A stretch of 64,000 nucleotides of DNA from Chrysomallon squamiferum. Its lineage: Eukaryota; Animalia; Mollusca. The DNA is taken from positions 13,144,001 to 13,208,000 of the forward strand of contig CM022672.1 in NCBI GenBank assembly GCA_012295275.1. Direction: 5' to 3'. The position numbers and the translations under genes were made by a program. The notes under the pieces were generated by a model that was not told the origin of the DNA, did no database searches, and was given only the letters and a program-made list of their open reading frames with translations. Positions 57,344 to 64,000 of this stretch are shown piece by piece (position 1 is the first letter of the stretch; each line of letters opens with the position of its first letter).

Positions 57344-60300
57344 ACTTTTCTGAATATATTGTCCAACTTATGTTTATTCTAATCGATCTAAAAACAAATA
57401 ATATGTTATTTAACAGTTACAGAATGCTTATGTATAAGATTCGGTAACTAAATGAAATTCAGTTTAACGACACCTTCATTTCTTTATTTAAATGTATGTT
57501 CTGTTAATTAATGCTTTCATTTTATTTTATTTTATTAAACAGTCACAAAGGTCTATGTTGTTTATTTTATTAGTTAAGAAAGAATATCACCAGCAGTGGA
57601 GTCTTCTCCTTTTTTCTTTTTTTTTTAGCAGCAAGTGTTCTTTTATATATACCCTCCCATTAACATCTAGTATGTACTATAATTGTTGATAAACCAGAGA
57701 ATGACCAAAAATGTTCAGCAATAGGATATGCATGAGCAAATCAGTAGTTCATCACTGACATTTACAGTATCATACAGATCATTTCATTATTATCAATATT
57801 TTCCAAGACAATTATCACTTATATATTCCTTTAATTTTACCTTTAAAAAGATTATTATTATTTTATTGATATAATTGTTCCAGAGTGCAACAGATCCATT
57901 GATCAAGCCTCTTGGACGGCATACTATTACCATGGTACCAGGAGATGGTGTTGGACCAGAACTGATGGCCAGTGTCCAAGATGTCTTCCAAGCAGCAGGG
58001 GTTCCAGCAGATTTTGAAGAACTGTTTATAAGGTTTATAATCATATATTAATAGAATTAATTAATTCAATTTCATAAGCAGACTAGCATGCAGTGTCTAT
58101 ATGGGCTTGATACAATTGTTTTTCTGTTTTGTCTTATTTATAAGGCTTGTTACTTTTAATTACTATTTTGATTTAAAGATGAAAGAATATATAATATCAA
58201 TAATAATAATAATAATAATAATAAAATGAATAAATAAATAAATAAATTAACATAAGAATAATAAAATAACATTAAAAAAAATTGAGATAAAATAAAAAAT
58301 AGGAAAAGCCAAACTATTATATTGCCTATTTACATAAATTTATAGAATTATGTAAAACAGTTTCAAGGCATCAATTGCATGTTATTTTATATGTATGTAT
58401 ATATAAATATATTTTAAAAAAAACACCACACACACACACACCTATATATGTATGTATATATATATATATATATATACACACACATACATACATTTTACAT
58501 AGATACACACACACACACATACATACATTTTACATAGATATACACACACACACATATATATAATTGTTAGAATTGTAAAGGAATCTATAACCAAACATAT
58601 ACACTTTGCTAGACCCAGTTATAGTGGAAATACATAAAAATGGATTAAAAACTACTTTAAAACACAGTAATAGATTTAAAAAAAAATTTCGTTATTATTA
58701 TTTTTGTTTCCAGTGAGGTACATCCCAGTCAGAGTGCTAGTGTGGAGACAGTGGTGGATTCGTTTGAAAGAAATGGAGTAGGACTAAAGGGAATCATCAC
58801 AACTCCAGCCAATTTTAAAGGAGGGATCTTACAAACATTAAACATGAGAATTAGGTAAGTGAAATTAATTTTGTACAGTAGACAGTAAAAAACAGTGTTT
58901 ATATCACAAGACCCACGGTTGTAAGATCAATGTTTACCAACACAGATTTAATTTTTTCCTATTCATTTAGTTACATGAAAATATATGAGTAAAATAAGGA
59001 CATTTTTATAATGGACAGAGAAAGCATGGTTTTTCTTGCTAGCCTCAGAGTAATAGGATCAATTCTTATCAGTGTACATATTTGAATTTTTACTGTTTAC
59101 AAACACCAAATGTGAGAATATTTAAGTGACATTAATACTGATTTTTATAAATAAATAGGGAAAGTAGGCTTTGCATGGCAATCTCAGGATCATAAGATCA
59201 GTTCTTACCAATGTGCAAATATGACTTTTTATTATTTGTGAAATCAGAACCTGAGGATATATAAATAAAATTATGACAGACTGAGTTTTATAACACATGA
59301 CATTTCTCTTCATTTTGATATTTTAATTTCAAAAGGTTTCATCTTACCTTTTAAATAGAAGAATCAGGTCATTAAGTATTTCTTAAAACTATTTTTAGCT
59401 AAATGGTTAAAACACTGAACATTTCAATATGTAATTGTTAGTATTTAACAATTTCTAGCTTGTTTCGGGGAACTGTTCATGCTTGCCTGTCATGTTAACA
59501 ATGTCAAACTTTGTCAGAGAGTTCTGAGATAGGTCAGTGTTTATTTGCTCTCATTATTTTTTTTTTTTATTATTACAGGAGGAAATTAGATCTGTTTGCT
59601 AATGTGGTGTGGGTAAAGAGCCTTCCTGGTTACAAAACTCGTCATGATAATCTCGACTTTGTCATTATTCGTGAACAGACTGAAGGAGAATACAGTGCAC
59701 TAGAACATGAGGTAAAAATAAAGTGGTTTTTTTTTTTTTGACACCTGACCAGTTTAACCCTTTGTGCCCTGTGTTCAGGTTTTATTCCCAGCTAATGTTG
59801 CAAAGCCAAAGGTTGCTGTTATTATGAGATGCTTATACTGTGTTGTTAGGCTGCATGTATAAGTCACTGGCTCATTTCTGGTTGCTTTTCAGTTAATTTC
59901 AAAATGGTTAGAGTCCAAATGGCTAAATTGCACTCATATTGGTGGACAGAACAAATGGCCTAAACACAGTTTCTACATTTCCAAGTGACTGTTAGATTTG
60001 TCATTAGAAATCACTATAAATTTTTACAGACTTAATTTTACTGGTTTTGTTAAAAGTCTGAAATTATGATCACTGAGTAAAATTGTTGCAATGTTGGGGA
60101 ATTTATTGTGTTTTTATTTTATGCAAAATAAACCGATCACTTCTGAATGATTTTTGTTTTAACTAATTTTAGAGTGTGGAAGGAGTAATTGAGTGTTTGA
60201 AGATAATCACCAGAGATAATTCTAGAAGAATAGCAAAGTTTGCATTTGACTATGCTACACGACACAACAGAGAAAAAGTGACTGCAGTACATAAGGCCAA

Positions 60301-62648
60301 TATCATGTGAGAAAACTTTATTGTAGCAGTTGTCTTTTTTTGTATGATTACACACATATATTTTCTATTTCAAAAGATGAAGTAAACTGAAATCACAAAA
60401 GAAAGAGCAATTTAATTTTAGCAGTAACTTAAACATTATATTAATGTGTTAAGATGGACTACAGCATAAACAATGGAATATATTGATGATTTTATAAGTT
60501 TAGAATGTGTCACTCCTAATTTTTTCTGTCTCCATCTCTCCTTTTCTTAATTTTTCTATTTTTATATTACTCTATTTTTAGTCTCTCTTGTTTTTAACAT
60601 AATCTTTGAAAAATGAAAACTGTTGAAAGTAACAAAATAATGAAGGCCAAAAGAATCCTGAAATTATAAATGAACATTGTCTTTTTTTTCTTTCTTTTTT
60701 TTAAAACTTTTCCTTGGTTCTTTCAGGAAACTTGGAGATGGTCTGTTTTTAAAATGTTGTGCAGAAGTTGCAGAAATGTACCCAAGAATTAAATTTGATT
60801 CTATGATTATTGACAACACATGCATGCAGGTGCAGTTAATATGAGAAAATGTTTTTTTTTTACTTAATTTCTCTTTCATATTTTTCCTCTTCATAATTCA
60901 TATAGGTTTATCAATTTAGAGCCATGAAATGCAAGCCTCTATCTTTTCTTTGATCATATTTTATTAGAAGGCTAAAATGTATTAATTCTGATTATTTTAT
61001 TTGACATTAACATTAATATATGGAATGAAATAAGTTCTTAATATTTAGTACCCAGATTGCTGCTATCCTATATATAATGTATATGTTTAAAATAAATATA
61101 TCTTTTGCATTTTTAATTTTTGTTTGGCCTATATGGGATTCAGTTTTTATTTTATTAGAACCAGTAGTTACACTTTACAAATATTTAGGGAAATACATTC
61201 TGAAAATTATTATTAAGCCATGAACTTCTTTTTCCACAAATGTTACAACTATACTGAGTGTCTTCTCTTTTTCACCATGCTAATTTCAACTTTAATTTAT
61301 TTATTGTGAATTCAATCTGTTCTATGGCTCATCCATAAAATACTAACAAGGAATTCAATATTTCTTTTGATAATAGTATTAACTGCAACTAATTATCATT
61401 TAGGGTTTAGCATCACTGTAATTTTTAAATTGTATTTTATTTTTTATTTTTTCTCTCAACAGCTGGTATCAAATCCTCATCAGTTTGATGTTATGGTAAT
61501 GCCAAACCTCTACGGTCACATCATTGACAATCTTGCTGCAGGTCTTGTTGGTGGAGCTGGTGTAGTCCCAGGAGAAAGTTACAGTAAAAATGTGGCTATC
61601 TTCGAACAGGTAAGTTATTTTTATATGTCTCAACATCCACGTATATTATATTGTTAACATTTAAAAAAAAAATTATAATGACTAGTAATTTTAATGGGAA
61701 GAGATTGAGAACTGAAAATGATTTATAATACATTAGCAAGAGAAATAGCAAAATTAAATAAATAAATAAATAAATAATATAATCATGAAAATAAAAGTTA
61801 AAAATAATAATAATAATAATGATGATAATGATAATAATATAATCATGAAAATAATAATAATAAAAGTAAATAAAAAATAAAAAATATTAATAATAATTTA
61901 AAATAAAAATTAAAAACTTTTTGTTTGTTTAGGGTGCTCGCCACTCCTTTGCCGAGGCTGTTGGTAAAAACATTGCCAATCCTACTGCTGTTTTACTGAG
62001 TGCATGCAACTTGCTGAATCACCTTCACCTTGAGTACCATTCTCAACTCATACAAGATGCTATTTACAAAGTTATTAAAGATGGAAAGGCAAGTTATATA
62101 GTTTATATAGGATCAGTTTTCCTCATTACACCAACTTGACTACAGCCATTGCAGTGGTATTCCATGAGTTTAGTGAACAAGGAATAGTATATCAGAGGCC
62201 ATGACATGTATTTTATGTAAATGTATATAAAAAAAATATTATTATTAATTGGTAGAAGTAACTTGTGTAGGGAGAAAATGTTTTTAACTTATAAACAACA
62301 AAAGAAAAGAAAAAAAAAAGAAAAAATAATTCTTCTTTTTAAACACACAATTAATATTAAATATAAAAACACTATGACCCACTCCTAACCATTTAAATGT
62401 AAATCTGTTTGTTATAAAAAGGCATTGTACAGTCTTTTTTTTTAAATAGAAATCATAACTGTTAAGACAGGACATAAGGAAGCTTTTTGCAGGTAGACAG
62501 CCTAGGTTTTTCAAAGCATATATAAACATTCAAATTGAAAATATAAATTATATATTTTCTCTCTCTGTTGTAGGTTTGCACTCATGACATGGGAGGTTAT
62601 GCTTCGACTACAGATATGACTCGAGCAGTGATTGAAAACCTACAGTGA
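56921..62648 (+). CDS. IDH3B: NAD-dependent isocitrate dehydrogenase subunit beta, mitochondrial
   Basis: Exons 56921-57004, 57884-58032, 58714-58854, 59579-59711, 60173-60306, 60727-60829, 61463-61609, 61933-62088 (GC donor), 62574-62648 (TGA). Motifs: [84 protein letters not shown] and DMGGY indicate beta rather than gamma. The N-terminus is transit-peptide-like. Confidence 0.96.
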
Positions 62649-64000
62649 TACATAGCTGTTAGGCAGTGATAAATTTAAAAAAAAAAAGAAAAAAAAAAAG
62701 AAGTAAATAAACCACACGTTTGATTAATGCTCATGAGAGATTAGTTTTTATGTTAACCAATTTTACCAAGTAAACTGTGCTTTTATGTCAGTAGTTTTCA
62801 AATACCTTTCATAAATGGAACGTAACAGAAAATAAACATCAGAGAAACATAATTAACATTGTGCCCCTTTACTGTTTTGTGCTGTAAGTAAAGTGCTTAA
62901 TATTAAGTGCTGAATTGCTATTATAATGTATATTTTGAGTTTTTGTGAAATCTCACTAGTTTTGGATGCTTAATTGTTAACGCACAAATCATGAATTAAA
63001 CTTGTTTCTTTTTTATTATTTGTTTGTACCTGTTACATTTTATATGAATGTTGTATATTTGTTATCTCATCATGAATATACATGTGAGAATTGTACATAA
63101 TAAAAAAAATGTCCTATATGTTTATTTGTTTTTATTATTATTTATTCTTTATCATTGTAACTATCCACCAATAAACTTATGAAATGAAGAGTTAATGGAG
63201 CCAATAAAAGTTATTTGAAATGAATACATTTCAAATTATTATAAAAAAATAATTTGTAGCTTGAAAGCTTTAGTTGTGCATTTTTCATAATTCCTTAGAA
63301 ATGTTATTGTAAATCTCATTTTATTTTCAAGATAAAGTATTATGACAAAATACATTATATAAATATGTATACACACACAGTTTTTGTTTGTGGCACTAAA
63401 TTTTTTCACAATTCACAAAGATAAAATGGGTTTAAAATATTATTTTCTTATAAATAATGTACCATTTAAAACAATGTTTTGAAAGAACAAAACTAGATAA
63501 AGGGATATTATCTGAAGATGAATCAAATGGCCTCATTCTATTAATATAATAAATTATGAAGATCAGCCAAACACACTGAAGAAAACCCCACAAAACAATA
63601 TTAATGACTGTGTTTCAACATATCAGTATCATTAATCATAAAAATAAATTATTATTTAGACATTTTATCTGTTTCATGTTCTTTTGGTTTACTGTTTGAC
63701 CTTAATAATAATCAGCTTGAAAACAACAGATGTGAATATTAAATAAAGAAGTTTTTATTATTTCACAATCACAAAACATTGCATAAAAATAACATTTAAC
63801 CTGTTATAGTGATATTAATATGGTTTAAAAATTGACACAATGACAGAACAAATAAAAACATATGAAGTTGAAGAGTTATAGATCTTGTTTTAACAACATA
63901 AGAATTATATTTAATGTTTCTCATTTAACAAGTTGATTTTGGGCGGTTTTTGTTTCTTCTTTTTTTTTTTTTAAATGTCAAGAGATTAAGGTGCAGTTAA

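Noticed and set aside
57543-57670. Extra IDH3B micro-exons in intron 1
   Set aside because: The candidate sites do not give consistent phases, and exon 1 already joins 57884 in frame. Cannot be fully excluded without cDNA.
60064-60147. C/D snoRNA-like boxes in IDH3B intron 4
   Set aside because: The C box is imperfect, no terminal stem or guide was recognised, and it is too close to the acceptor.

Overview
AT-rich, intron-rich, microsatellite-laden animal genomic DNA. It is most likely a gastropod mollusc; this is inferred from gene content and a tRNA-derived SINE that I recall from gastropod genomes. Six spliced protein-coding genes were reconstructed by hand. (1) Abl tyrosine kinase (+, 7638-18138; first coding exon outside the window). 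(2) An orphan 268-aa secreted prohormone-like gene ending CCDIG (-, 29860-31342). (3) A three-coding-exon RFamide neuropeptide precursor of which the ORF track shows only the signal-peptide exon (-, 35147-38689; predicted peptide TQQRLVNNLAAFLSSLKQQRQPESVVVRIPSLRF-amide). (4) CACYBP (+, 48065-52131). (5) A bacterial-type AhpD/peroxidase-related CxxC gene (-, 53887-56771). (6) IDH3B (+, 56921-62648), head-to-head with the AhpD-like gene. The top lead is the RFamide gene: it resembles vertebrate 26RFa/QRFP and lies downstream of Abl on the opposite strand, as human QRFP does to ABL1, which makes it a candidate protostome QRFP ortholog. Other leads are the possibly mitochondrial AhpD-like gene on a ~150-bp shared promoter with IDH3B, a Tigger4/MER46-like element, two GC-AG introns, and a visible mosaic CpG (methylation) landscape. 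All family and synteny statements come from recall, not from database searches.
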